This document shows, one piece after another, positions 11,775 through 24,400 of a stretch of DNA of 64,000 nt. Origin of the DNA: Amoebidium appalachense (taxonomy: Eukaryota > Protista > Ichthyosporea); NCBI GenBank assembly GCA_963693365.1, contig CAVNZM010000002.1, positions 4,480,259 through 4,544,258 of the forward strand, given 5' to 3'. Numbering within the stretch: the stretch's first letter is position 1; every line of letters begins with the position of its first letter. The notes beneath the pieces were generated by a model. That model was not told the DNA's origin and searched no databases. It was given only the letters and a program-made list of their open reading frames with translations. A program made the translations under genes and the position numbers.

Positions 11775-14700
11775 GCAAGCCCTTGTATACGTACACACCC
11801 GTGCACACACACGTAGACATGCACAAACACACGTTTGCATGCACATTCACACACACCCCACACACACGTGCCCGCCCGCTCGCACACACGGACTCATCTA
11901 TGTACAAAAACACAAACACACACACACGCACAAGCAGACACATAAGTGACCTACGTTTATATACACGTCCACACACCCTGCACCTGAACCCCCCCCCCCC
12001 CCTCCCCCTGCTCACCTTCATCCTCCAGGTGATGTCTGCATATGAGCGGCTCTACCACCCCGCCTGCTTTGTGTGTGCCCAGTGTCTGCAGCCCATCCAT
12101 GCCGGGGAGACGTTTGCCCTCCGAGGCAACGACCTGTACTGCAAGAAGGACTATGACAGGGTGCTGGCTGCAGGTATGCTAGGTGGCCAGGGGCAGGGGA
12201 GAGGGGGGCAGTCGGCTGACGGTCTGGGCCCACAGGGAGCATGTCGCCACTGGTGGGCAGTGACAGGGTAGGTGGGGAGGAGGGTGGGGGTGGGGGTGGC
12301 CGGGGGGGGGGGGGGGAGGGGGAGGAGGGGGGAGGGAGGGAGGGAGGGGGGTGCTGAGGGGCAGGGGCAGGACAAGAAGCGCACACGCACAGCCATCAGC
12401 GAGGAGCAGACGGCCATCCTGCGGCGGTTCTTTACAACCAACCCGACACCAGACCAGGCCCAGAGGGTGCAGCTGGCTCGCACCACAGGTCTGACACCAA
12501 GGGTCGTGCAGGTGTGTGTGTGTGTGTGCGTGGGGGGGGGGGAGAAGGAAGAGGCTTTGGGCGGGGGGGAAGGAAGGGGGAGGGGGGGGGGGGGGGGGGG
12601 GGGGGGGGCTCTGACCACCAGGGTGGTTGCAGGTTTGGTTTCAAAATCGGAGAGCAAAGTTGAAGAAGACAGAGAGCCTTACACACCCAAGGTATGTTGC
12701 CTTATGCCCTGGTGGTGGGTGTGCTCCATTAGCATGGTGGTGGGTGTGTTCTATTCTACAGAGATCTGCCCGCATGGTAGCAGGGAGAGCAAAGGTGTTA
12801 TGGATGTGTGGCCTGGTGGGCACTGGCCTACATCTGGCAGGGGCACAAATGGCATGAGTGTGGCACATCCCTGTCAGGTTTCACGTGGGCATGCACTGGG
12901 AGTGCACTCTATTCCTTCTACTCAAGCGTGATGATACTGGTAATTATAGTAGAGTTTGTATGTGTGTCTGGTGTCTATCGGTGTGCTGGGGCATCCGTGC
13001 GTGTGTGCATGCTGTGCGTGTCCTGGATGTGTCCTGGACGTGCCTGCCGTGTGTGTGTGTGTGTGCTGTGTGTGCGCCTTGTGTTTGCATGCTCTTTGTG
13101 TCCTGTGAGTGCATCCTGTGATTGTGCATGTTGTGTGCATGCTTGTGTCTTGCGTTTGCATGCCCTTTGTGTCATGTGTGTGCGTGCTGTGTGTATCATG
13201 TTTGCGCATGCTGTGTGGGGCCTATGCACCAGCTGCCACATGATTTGCTGACGTCATGCACAGTGATAGCTCTATCAACCTAAACCTTGCCCGGTCAGCC
13301 CCTGTCAGGTAACCCCTGCCCTCCCCCCCCCCCCCCCCCCCCCCCCCGCATTCAAAACCCCCCCTGTCTTCTTTCAGAGGTGTCCTTTCAGGACAGACCA
13401 CTGTGTGGAGACATCTTTACTTCCATGCAACCGGGCATGGTTGCTCTGTGTCGTGCATCTGTAAGCACATACGCGTTTGTCGCTGCACTGCATTAGTTTG
13501 CACATACATCTTCACCGTTTTGCTCACCTTGCTTGCATAAGCAACCCTGCTCGTCTTTGATCAAGACGGGTTGACCCACCCAAGTTCAGTTGATGCTGCT
13601 GTCTGAGTTGGAGCGTCGTATATACGCGGGCTAAGGGGTCGAAACTCAGACGCAATTGATGACTTGGGCCCTCCCTGAGGATGGGCTCTGCTTATGACGC
13701 ATACTGTGCGCATGGCTGATGCTGCATACTTGAATGTTTGCCTTTGCATGTGTCCTGCACCATGCTTCTCATCGTGTATGCGTACTTCGTACTGTGTTCC
13801 GCATTCAAACCCCCCCCCCCCCCCCCCCTCTCTCCCCACCCCCTCCTCCCCCCGGGTGGCTGGGCTGGTTCTGACCTACCCCCAGCCCACAGCAGCAGCG
13901 AGTGCAGACGTCAGCAGACCCATTCAGCCAGCCACAGCACAGAGTGGCCCCACAGGTAGGTGTGGGCCTAATTGGCAGCATGTTTGTTTGAATAGGATGG
14001 CACTATCTCATATGGCATAGCTCGGCCAATCAAATCATTCCGATTGGTATCTATTGCAGCAATAGATCGGTTGAATCCGTGGTTTCTGACCAATAGCCCT
14101 CGATACTCCAAGTTTTAGCCAATCAAATTCAACCCTCCCGCCCATACACTGTATGCTTCATGGGCATTACTCTGGGTGGCAGCTCTGAGGGTGTGTGGGC
14201 CATCCCCTTATGTGGCAGCAGAAACAGGGTGATGAGTGTGTCATAAGTCACCAGCATGGCCATCCTAAGAGATGCTCAGAAAGGCCTGTGTCCAAAAGGG
14301 TGGCTTGCATCCCGACCGCTTTTCGCGCAACAAAATATGGTTTGTTTTGGTTCCATGCAATCCAAATATAGCGCAATCAGAATCAATATTCTAGTGGATT
14401 CGTGTTCCAATCAATTGCCCCCAGTACATATGCGTGGTAGATGTGGTGTACTCGCAACGGCGGTATGATCGGAACAGGGGTAGGCCAGCAGAAACACCCG
14501 GAAAGGGGCTGGGAGGGGATGTTTGGCCACCAAATTAACTCTTATGGGAGGTTATCTTTGGCCACCCAATTGACTCTGGTGGCTGCAGGGGACATTGTCG
14601 CCCAACCATCTACTGCACACGGACATGGAGGTGGGTGGGGGGAATGCATGCAGGGGGATGTGGTAGAGGGTGCCGGGTGCTGACGGGCACACAGAGGGGC

Positions 14701-15200
14701 CTGCATCGGGGCCAGAGCATGCCCAATCTGGTGCTGCCGGACGATGCCACCAGCATGCCCTGTGCAGACCTGAGGGATGGGGCCTGGCTGGACCCCCCCA
14801 TGGCCCCGGCCCCGACCTCGTCCACCGACCACCTGCAGGCCACAGTCAAGGCCGAGCAGGTGCCGCTGCTGCTGCAGCCCATCGGCCTCAAGCGGTGCAC
14901 ATCCACCCCCCAGCTGCCTGGCCCACCCCCCGGCCCCATCTACTCGGGTCTGCTACCTGCCTGGGTGTGTCGCTGGCTGTGGTCTGCAGTTTACTGACAT
15001 GTGGGGGTGTGTAGGGTCTGTGGACTCGCCCAAAATTCGACGGGGGTCCAACCTCAAATTGCGGCCATCGCCGTACAATGTAGGTGGCCTGCATGGGCTG
15101 ACAGGTAGGGGTAGGGCAGGGCTGACAGGGTGGGGTGCAGCGGTTGGTTGAGATGGATGCATTTGGCTCCATGCCGTCATCACCAGGTGGGTGCAGAGGT

Positions 15201-15235
<35 letters not shown>

Positions 15236-15403
15236 TGCATGTTTGTGTTTGCAGTGTCTGAAGGGTGTGGGCCTGCAGGGATGTCACCGATGCTGCACAG
15301 CATTTCACTGATGGACCTGGGCGGGCCGGCTACCAGCGACTTTGACTTTGACCGCCTGACCACAGAGCTGCTGCAGGAGTGTCTGGGCCACAACATGCAA
15401 TAG
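10667..15403 (+). CDS. LHX: LIM-homeobox transcription factor (one LIM domain detected, homeodomain, Pro/Ser-rich tail)
   Basis: LIM: CSGCNTEITGQ|VMSAYERLYHPACFVCAQC...LYCKKDY. Homeodomain: KKRTRTAISEEQTAILRRFFTTNPTPDQAQRVQLARTTGLTPRVVQ|VWFQNRRAKLKK, with the LIM-class TGLxxRVVQVWFQN motif and an intron in helix 3 (12512-12632). Downstream exons at about 13.9, 14.7-14.95, 15.0, 15.15 and 15.25-15.40 kb. The start codon and tail exons are less certain. Confidence 0.85.
10715..12028 (+). repeat. CA-rich intron with long perfect (CA)n tracts (about 11431-11513 and 11685-11772)
   Basis: Direct inspection. Confidence 0.85.
13663..13809 (+). repeat. 147-bp dispersed element, copy 1 (intron of the LIM-homeobox gene)
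   Basis: cttgggccctccctgagg...ccgcattcaaa, apparently identical to the reverse complement of 18513-18659. Confidence 0.9.
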
Positions 15404-15808
15404 AATGTTGGGTGTTTTTTTTTTGGGTGGGTGGGGGTGGGAGGGGAGGGGGGGGGGGGGAGGGGGGGGGGGGCATCCTTTGGAGAAAAAGGAGAGGGCG
15501 CTGGTGGGCTGCCTGGCACTGATAATTGGCAGTGCTTGATGAGTAAACTATAATAGGTGACGTAAGTGCATGGCTGGTCGCCTTGTCGTGAGTGGAAATG
15601 GGGATGAGGGCATACACAAATGGGTAAATATGATGTTTCACAGGTGTTTGACAGATTACTAGTCTAAGGGATGGAGATGGAGGCGTTAGGTGTAGGCTAA
15701 TATTAGGTGGCATGCATTATCTGGCAACCTTCTCACGTTGGTGCAACGATGCAGCTATTTAATGATGATCAATCTTTTCAGTAGAGATCAAGATACATGT
15801 TGTAGAAC

Positions 15809-15854
<46 letters not shown>

Positions 15855-16281
15855 GCCCCGAGTCGCCACACACACAAACATTCGTGGGTTTCCCTAGTGG
15901 TTTACTAGCACAGTGGTCTCTTCAATGGCGTGGTAATCGGTTCCTGGTGTTTCCTAGACGGTGGTGCCCTAGTGGGTCACACCCTTGGTGCCGTAGCTGT
16001 GTGGGCCGGTGTATTGTGTTCCCCTTTGTTCCGTTAGCCACCCAGGCCTCCTTTTCTTCCACACTCCTCACCCACCTATCCACTTCTCGTCACCCTGCAC
16101 AACACTTTACCATCATTGACTTCCTTCTTAACACGGGTGATTTTCTCACTGCCCGACTTTGTTTTCAATACCTGCGCACTCACGTCACACACGTAATATA
16201 CAACCACCCTCCCAACCTGAATACCTGGTTAATTAGCTCCTTTTCTTTCTTCCTTTCTTTCTTCCCCCCCCCCTTTTTTTT

Positions 16282-16312
<31 letters not shown>

Positions 16313-17368
16313 TGTCTTAGATACTATGTCTCTAAGGTGTGTGACTTTAGCGGCCGTGGCCGTGTAATAGGTACCATTAATAAGGGGTGGCTCTCGTCTG
16401 TATTATGATGTACATATATCATGCATATGGGGCACATGTGTTTCCGGATTGGCCGGAGGGAGCGGCCAATAAAGTGCAATGATCCCCACAAACACACCAC
16501 CATCGTACACCAGCACCAGTGGTACCAGTAATTCGTGACCAAACACACACAGACACATTGGCCAATATGGCTATGTTCAATGACCTGTTTACCCCCAAGG
16601 GCCTTTACCATTGGCTGTAGTGGTTCTTGAAAGAATAATTTTCTGTGTGAGTTCAGATGATTCGAATTTGAAAAACCCTAGATGATCGACCCAACCACTT
16701 GGTTTGCTTGGTTCCTAATGTAGTGGTTGGCCTTTTAATATTAAGGGTTGGGGGGTTGGGGGGGGGGGGGGGAGAAGGATTAGAAGTTTCGCATGCGAGC
16801 AGGCAACAGGCAATGGCAGTGGGAAAGGCCGGGGTTAAATTGCAGGAGGGGGCGGAGTGGGGGTGGTGTGTGTGTGTGTGGGGGGGGGGAGGGGGGGGGG
16901 GGGGGGGGGGGGGATGGGGGGGGGGGGGGGTGGGGCGGGGGGAATGTTCTACTAATGTTTTCACTGAGGGTTTATCCGGGCCACATGAACATTTAGCATT
17001 ATAAGTTGGCCTGCATGCAGCAATCCAGTGCTACATTGAAAGGAGGCACCCCTTCCAACCTTTGGTGGCACCTGGCCAAGACCATCGGCAGCCCTGTTCT
17101 TTATTTGTACATACATATTGAGCTGTCAGCAGCATTGAGCTGTCAGCAGCATTCAAAAACACATGCAGCATGCTGGCACACACGGTTGGTCCCCGTGTGT
17201 CAGCCACACTGGTGGGACTGTAAGTGGGACTGTGTTTGGCACATGGAAAAGCCATCCGCCTTGCCCCATAACCTGAGGGTGGTGCCGTTACCACCCGTGA
17301 CTCTAATTCCATCTCCGTGGGCCCTATAATCCTCTCTACACGTGCTGTACATGGCCCCTCCTGCCCGT

Positions 17369-17677
17369 CTACTTGCCCTCCTCCTTGCCTGCCGGCTGGC
17401 CTGCCTGTGCCCATGGGCTCAGGGCCTTTGCCTGTGCCTGCAGCTCAGCCCATGGCACCCGAGTCTGCAGCTGCACCTTGGTCTCTCCCACCGCCTGCCC
17501 ATCCCCCCACTCAGTAACACCCCCCCCCCCCCCCCCCCCCCCCTTCCCCCCCCGTTGGCTGGTACCTACCCTGTAGAAGATATTTGGGTAGAACAGCCAC
17601 AGGGCACCACCCACGGCCGCACTGGGCACCATCACCCGCCGGATCAGCCCCCGCTCTACACACAGCCTTGTTAGTCC

Positions 17678-17723
<46 letters not shown>

Positions 17724-19102
17724 TTCCCCCGTCTCTTACTCCGTGCAGCCAGGTAGCCTCCATAGCCGGCCGCCCACACAGCCAGCAGGCCTGGGAACAC
17801 CTCGTGCTGGCGTGACTGGCACTGCAGACGAAACGCTGTGGGCATAGTCAGCACCACATAGTGAAACTATCTCACACTATCCAACAGGCATACTATCCAG
17901 TGGTATCCAACAAGCACACGATCTAACAGTATCTAGCAGGCTCGCCAACCAACAGGCACACTATCCAACAGGGACATCGATTAACAGGCAAATTTCGACC
18001 AGTTACACCTTCCACAAGTCGCTTCAGCCAAGCCATACATATCACACACACACATACACAAATTTTAATACAGTGATAGATACATACATATACGTGTCAC
18101 CAGACTAAACACATATACTAGTAGAAGGTATACTAAAGGCAACGCAACCTACTCACACGGCATACTGTTCACAAAATCAGTTACGTATGTGTGAGTAATG
18201 TTATGAACATGGTGTTTCAAAGAGGGGGGGGGGGGGGGGGAAGGGGGGGGGGGGGAGGGGAGGGGAATGAATCACGGTAGGCTATATATGGGGGGGGGGG
18301 GGGGGGGGTATAAAACACAGTAGGTAGGCTACATATGGGGGGGCGGAGGGGGGATGAAACACAGTAGGTAGGCTATATATGGGGAAGGTTGTGGTGGTTG
18401 GGGGGGGGGGGGGGGGGGGGGATGAAACATGGTATTCACGCTATAAATGGGGGAGGGGAGAGAGGACATGAAGCACAGACGGTAGGCTACCAAGAAGGGG
18501 AGGGGGGGGGGTTTTGAATGCGGAACACAGTACGAAGTACGCATACACGATGAGAAGCATGGTGCAGGACACATGCAAAGGCAAACATTCAAGTATGCAG
18601 CATCAGCCATGCGCACAGTATGCGTCATAAGCAGAGCCCATCCTCAGGGAGGGCCCAAGGGGGGGGGGGGGTGGACAAGTAACACGGCAGGTAGGCTATA
18701 CATATAGAACCAGCAGACCGTGTACATATTCCCATCCACAGACCAACCACAAGTACTAGAGCCAGCACAGCCCCTGTGGGTGCAAGCAGGCAGGCAGGGC
18801 ACGCACCTAGCACCCTGTCGACCTGTGCCTGTATGCTGGCCCGTACGGCCCCAACGTTGTCCTTGACCTCTTGCTGCCAGCCCTGCGCACCCCCTCAGCA
18901 CCACCAAACCTCCACCCAGCACATACGGCAAGAATCGGACGCCTCCAACGGTGGTGGGGCACCTACCCACAAACAAACACAAACAGGAACTACCTTGAAG
19001 ATCCCCCCCTTCCCCTTCCCTCTTCCTTCCCTCACCCCCCTTTCCCCCCCACGGGCACCTACCCACTTTCAAACACAAGCTCACACAGGTCTACCATAAA
19101 GA

Positions 19103-19165
<63 letters not shown>

Positions 19166-19489
19166 TGGGCTCACTCACACCTACTGCCCACCAAAGGCTC
19201 CCCTCTTCCCCCCTCCACCTCCCCACCCTCCACCCCTTCCGAGTCCCTCTCGGCCACACACACACAAGCACACACACCTGCACAGTCGCCTCTGCGGCCT
19301 GCACCGCACCCCTCACTGACCCGACAGCAGAAGCCACCGCCCCCTCCTCCCGCTCAGCCCTTGCAGGCACGGGGGTTGCCTCGGCCGGGTCGTCATACAG
19401 ACTCTCCTGCAGCCCAATCAGTGCTCATTCTGCACAGTCCCCCCGCCTATTGCAAGCAGACACGCACGCGCACGCACCTTTGCCGTCAT
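17369..19489 (-). CDS. APOO: MICOS complex subunit MIC26/MIC27 (apolipoprotein O family)
   Basis: MTAK|ESLYDDP... followed by a helical segment, then a hairpin of two hydrophobic helices, EVFPGLLAVWAAGYGGYLAAR-KRGLIRRVMVPSAAVGGALWLFYP, matching the ApoO pattern (P-G-L...A-R...P...Y-P). Stop at 17369. Confidence 0.75.
18513..18659 (-). repeat. 147-bp dispersed element, copy 2 (intron of the MIC26-like gene)
   Basis: Reverse complement of 13663-13809. The ORF track shows the same peptide, MTHTVRMADAAYLNVC..., at both sites. Confidence 0.9.
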
Positions 19490-20029
19490 GGTGACTGCAG
19501 TGTACGCAAGGTGGTGTCTGGTGTGAAGGGACTCGTTTATCATCGAGAGCTCAGTCGAGAGAGGCGTGGCCAGGCCAGCAGGCTAGATATACACCTCAGA
19601 ATTTTTAAAACATTGCACAAGATTATCCCAAGCATGTCTCCTACCCCGCCCCATGAAGCCGTGGGATGGGAGGCACGCCCAACATAAACAGTAATCTGTT
19701 GCTAGAAGATTTATGATTTATACGAAAGAACACTATCACACACATCAGCAAGCAAACAACATAGAAGAAAACGTCACCAGTGCATTTTGCTGTCTGCTCC
19801 CTATATATAGACGTCGAAGATATAAAATCTTGATATTTGTCCGGCTGTCTTCCGTTCCAGGATATATTGCCAAACGCAAATAGATAGAATAGATTTCGTC
19901 AAGTCCTCTCAAACGAGTCCGACCACACGTAGGTGCTTACGTGTATACAGTGGTGCTTACGGTTCGGTGAAAGACGTGTTAGTTTTTGGGCCGCTGCCAG
20001 CCAACCTTCCTAAATACGAGTGCACCACC
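19490..20029. promoter_or_regulatory. Probable bidirectional promoter between MIC26-like and RMP1/NEPRO-like
   Basis: 540 bp of AT-richer, repeat-free DNA between divergent ATGs, with a ctatatatag TATA-like palindrome near 19801. Confidence 0.55.
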
Positions 20030-20155
20030 ATGGCAGCTGCAGGCTTCCTGGACCTGCGCATCTTCCCGCAGGTCCTAGCCACGGGCCAGCGCAGCAGCAT
20101 TGCAAGCCTGAGGGGCAGAACAGGCGTCGCAGTGCTCACGGACAAAGGTGTGTGT

Positions 20156-20192
<37 letters not shown>

Positions 20193-20203
20193 CCCCCCCT
20201 CTT

Positions 20204-20241
<38 letters not shown>

Positions 20242-20649
20242 CACGCGCGCGTGTGTGGGTGGCGCCCGTGAGTGTGTGCGCATGTCCGCGCGTGCATTGT
20301 TCTTTTGGGTGTTCGTGTGCGTGTGTGCGTCTTTGTCTGTGGGCGTCCCGTGTGTGCTTGCTTTGTGTGGGCGTGCGTCTGTGGATGCGTGTTTGTGTGT
20401 TGGGGCTTGTTTCCTGTGTGGTGCTGGTGAAGGCGAGGTAGGCGGACTGGGGATATGAGGCTGGGAGCTTCAGATAGTGGGTGCTGACTGCTGGGCAGGG
20501 CTGCTTGGGCAGGCCCAGAGTCTGCTGGGGTCATTGGCCGGGCAGTTCCGTGGGCTGCAGGCCGAGGGCTGGCTGCTGGCCCGGCTGCTGTATCGAGGCC
20601 GCAGCCAGTACAGGCGCAGCACCGCATATGCTGCCCTGGTCGAGGTGTG

Positions 20650-20701
<52 letters not shown>

Positions 20702-21002
20702 CCCGCCCGCCTGCCTGCCTCTGACTCACATTACTCTCAGGTGCAGAAACTGCTGCGGCGTCTGCTTGATGGGGGGCTGGACACGGCAGCAAAGGACCTG
20801 ACTGCCTGCTATGCACAGTGCGTGCACCCCGTATGTGTGGGGGGGAGGGGCCGAGGGAGGGCTGACAGGGAGAGTGCAGGCTGGCACGTGGGGAGGGGGA
20901 GGGCTACCCCACTGCAGAGGCGCTGGCCGACCTGCTGCACAGACTGCTGGTGGCCAGACAGCTGGCCGACCAGGTATGTGTGTGGGTGTGTCGGAGGGAG
21001 GG

Positions 21003-21037
<35 letters not shown>

Positions 21038-23333
21038 CGGGGCAGGGGGCTTTATCTGTTCCCTGGGTGTGTGTGTATAGCTTGGATGTCACAGGTGTGT
21101 GTGTATGCATGTGGCTGTGTGATGTGCATTTGGTGCGCACATGGCTTGTATGTGTGCTCTGCCTGTATCTGTTATTGGAGCTCGTATAATCACCTGCATA
21201 GGAGAGTGCATGTTACCCCACTGAGTATTTGTGGTGTGGTGACGGGCATCTAGTTGGTGTTTGCAGTCCAACAAGCCCAAGAGGGGGTCAGCTGTGATAT
21301 TTGCAGTGACGCTAAGTGGGTTGCACAGATGGTGGAGGCAGCACGGCGGGCCACCAGGTGGGGTCTATGCTCTGGGCTGGCACTAGTGGGTGGCTGCACG
21401 GTGCTGACTGCATGCCAGCTATCTGCAGGGCATGCTGGGCCAGACCCACTTCATGGGCTTTGCCCTGGCCACCAGTGCCCTTGCAGCCCGCCTGGCGCTG
21501 ATCCTGTCTGCCGCCCAGTGTGTCTGGGCCCGTGCATACACCCTGCTGGCCCGCCATGCAAATGTCCTGGCCACCCTGCCCGTATGTTGTCCCCCCCCCC
21601 CCCCCCCCCCCCCCCCCACCCCACCCCCATCCCCACCCTCCGCACACACACACACACTAACCTCGCAGCATTGGCTCATGTACGTGCCTGCCACCCCCCT
21701 GTATGGTGCGCTTGCTGATTGGGCCCACAGGACACCCCCAGCCACGTGGCCCGTCTGCTGCTGCTGCTGCCCCCCCACATGGCCCACACCCAACCCCCCA
21801 GCACCCCTGCCAGCCTGCCTGCAGCCCAGCACATTGACGATGAGCTGGGTACGTACTGGGGGGGAAGGGGTGGGCGAGGGGGAAGGGGGGGAGGGGGGGG
21901 TGGCCTTGTGCCTGCTGGTTACTGACGGGGGCACGCAGGGCGGCCACTGGGCAGGCCTGCAGAGGACGATGTGGGGACCAGGGCAGCCCCCCAGCACACA
22001 CGTGGAGAGGGGGCGGGGGGGACAGACAGGCAGGAGCAGGCAGGGAGGGCACACACACACACGGCCAGGCCACAGGGGGGTGAGGGTATAGCAGGCACCA
22101 AGCAGGTGCACGTGGGGGGGGTGGAAGAGGGCAAGAGAAGGAAGGGGCAAAGCGGCACGGGTGCAGAGAGCACACGGCATGAGGATAAGGAAGTGAGTGG
22201 GGATGATGCGGCCGAGGTTGGGGTGCACACGGTATCCAGCAACACTTTGAAAGGGGAGGGTGGTGGTAAGAAAAAGCGGGTAAAGGGGCTGGAGGGAAGG
22301 AAGGGTGACTGCGGTATAGAGGGGTCTAAGCAACACACGGTGGTGGCCGAGGGAACGGCTAGAGAGAGAAGCACAGGGCCAGGACAGGGTGCAGATAAGT
22401 TAACGGGGGAGGGATTGGTTGGAGGCAGTATGGAAGGGGAGGGGATGATTGAAGACAAAAGCACAGGAGCAGGAAAGGTTAAAGACAAGTGTAAAAAGAT
22501 CACGGACGAAAGCAAAAAGATTACGGACGAAAGCAAAAAGCTTAAGGATGAAAGTAAAAAAGATAAGGTTGAAAGCAAAAAGGTCAAGGATGAAAGCAAA
22601 ACGGTTCAGGATGAAAGCAAACAGGTTAAGGATGAAAGCAAAAAGGTTATGAACGAAAGAACAACGGCAGGAAAGACCAAAGGCGAGATTGCAACTTCCG
22701 GAAACGTTAAAGACAGGAGCACAACGGCAAGAAAGTTTAAAGACAAAAGCAAAAAGATCAAAAACGAAGGCACACCGGCAGGGAAGATGAAAGTCAAGGA
22801 CAGCATGGCGCCTAAAAATAGCCAAAGCGCGCGGGAGCCCCGCAGGCCCACCCACGTGAATTTCAGTGGTGGGCAGCAGGCAGACCCTCCAGTAGGGTCC
22901 AAACCGCCTACTAAGGCCCCCTCCTTCTGGCTGCCCACCAACCCCCCGGCAAAGCGGTGAGCCATCCCAGATGCACGCACGTGCACAACACAGACAGACA
23001 TACATGCATTCCCCCACACCTTGTCGTGGCTTGCGAAACATATGCTGGGAATACACATGTGAGCAGAAGCATGCACACTCTCTTGTGTGCAACATAGGGA
23101 TGCTTACACAACACATACGACATGCGCATGCATATTCAACACGTACAGACGTGTTCACACCTGTGCAACACATACAGACACTAGCACACATACGTAACGT
23201 TCATGGACACACCAGATTGCAGGGATTGACTGGGCCTGGGTGTTGCAGGAAAGCAAAGGACTCGGGCAAGGGGCCGGCACCCAAAAAGGCCAAGGCCAGT
23301 GAGATGGATGATATATTTAGCATGCTGGACTAA
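20030..23333 (+). CDS. NEPRO: RNase MRP subunit RMP1 / NEPRO-like (DUF4477) protein with a Lys-rich tail
   Basis: Motifs: LQAEGWLLARLLYRGRSQYRRSTAYAALVEVQKLLRRL, PTAEALADLLHRL, LGQTHFMGFALATSALAARL, and C-terminal EMDDIFSMLD*. Confidence 0.7.
22490..22660 (+). repeat. Coding 21-bp (7-aa, KKxxDES) tandem repeat
   Basis: KKITDES KKITDES KKLKDES KKDKVES KKVKDES KTVQDES KQVKDES KKVMNE in ORF 21971..22960. Confidence 0.85.
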
Positions 23334-23720
23334 TATAGCGCTATATGTAGCAGGCGGGACTAATTGCGTCATATTTAGCATGCTGGACTAGCGCTATATT
23401 TAGCAGGCGAGACTAATTAGAGCTATATTTAACTTGCTGGACTAAAGCTATGTTTAGCATACTAAAAGCTAATTGGGCTATATTTAGTGCGTGACTGGCT
23501 ATGGACTACTTTCAGCATACATGACTAGATGGGCCATATGTAATAATAGCATGCATGCTGGACGAAATGTGCATGCATGGGCGGACGAGATGGGCTATAT
23601 TTAGCATGCATGCTTGACGAGATAGACTATATTTAGCATGCAGGACTGGATAGTTCTAGACCATACCTTGATCTGATCGAAGGCATATATAGCATGCTGG
23701 ATTAGTCGTGCTGACTATAC
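23311..23720 (+). repeat. Degenerate ~30-bp tandem array starting at the last codons and stop of the NEPRO-like gene
   Basis: atatttagcatgctggactaa (IFSMLD*) is reiterated with progressive decay. Confidence 0.75.
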
Positions 23721-23959
23721 TTTGATGAGCTGTATATATCATGCCGGGCTAATATGTGTTGGTGCTGGCCATGCCGGACAAGATACAGACTGTATGTATG
23801 TGAACGTGCTGGCTGGACCAGCCAGATGTGAAGGTTGTGACTGCCATGTAGCTATAGTCGCCACGGGCACATGCAGACAGGCACATGCAGTGCCAGGTGC
23901 AAGCTTAAGTACACCCACAAGGGCACACACACGCTAAGGCACGTGCACACACGGAAAGG

Positions 23960-24400
23960 CTCATGCACACACACAAGGGCACACACACACACATGTACAA
24001 GGGCACACACACACACATGTATAAGGGCACACACACACACACATGTACAAGGGTACACGCACACACACATGTACAAGGGCACACACACACACATGTACAA
24101 GGGCACACACACACACATGTACAAGGGCACACACACACACACACATGTACAAGGGCACACACACACACACATGTACAAAGGCACACACACACACATGCAC
24201 AAGGGCACACGCACACACACATGTACAAGGGCACACACACACACATGTACAAGGGCACCCGCACACACACATGTACAAGGGCACACGCACACACACATGT
24301 ACAAGGGCACACGCACACACACATGTACAAGGGCACACACACACACACATGTACAAGGGCACACACGCACACACAAAAGGCACGTGCACAAACAAGTGCA
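23960..24400 (+). repeat. Minisatellite, unit catgtacaaggg(ca)n of about 22-26 bp, within a CA-rich intergenic region to about 25000
   Basis: Direct inspection. Confidence 0.9.

Noticed and set aside
13663-18659. A 5-kb DNA transposon bounded by 147-bp terminal inverted repeats
   Set aside because: The interval holds ordinary 3' exons of two host genes, with no transposase and no evident target-site duplication. Kept only as a dispersed-repeat finding.
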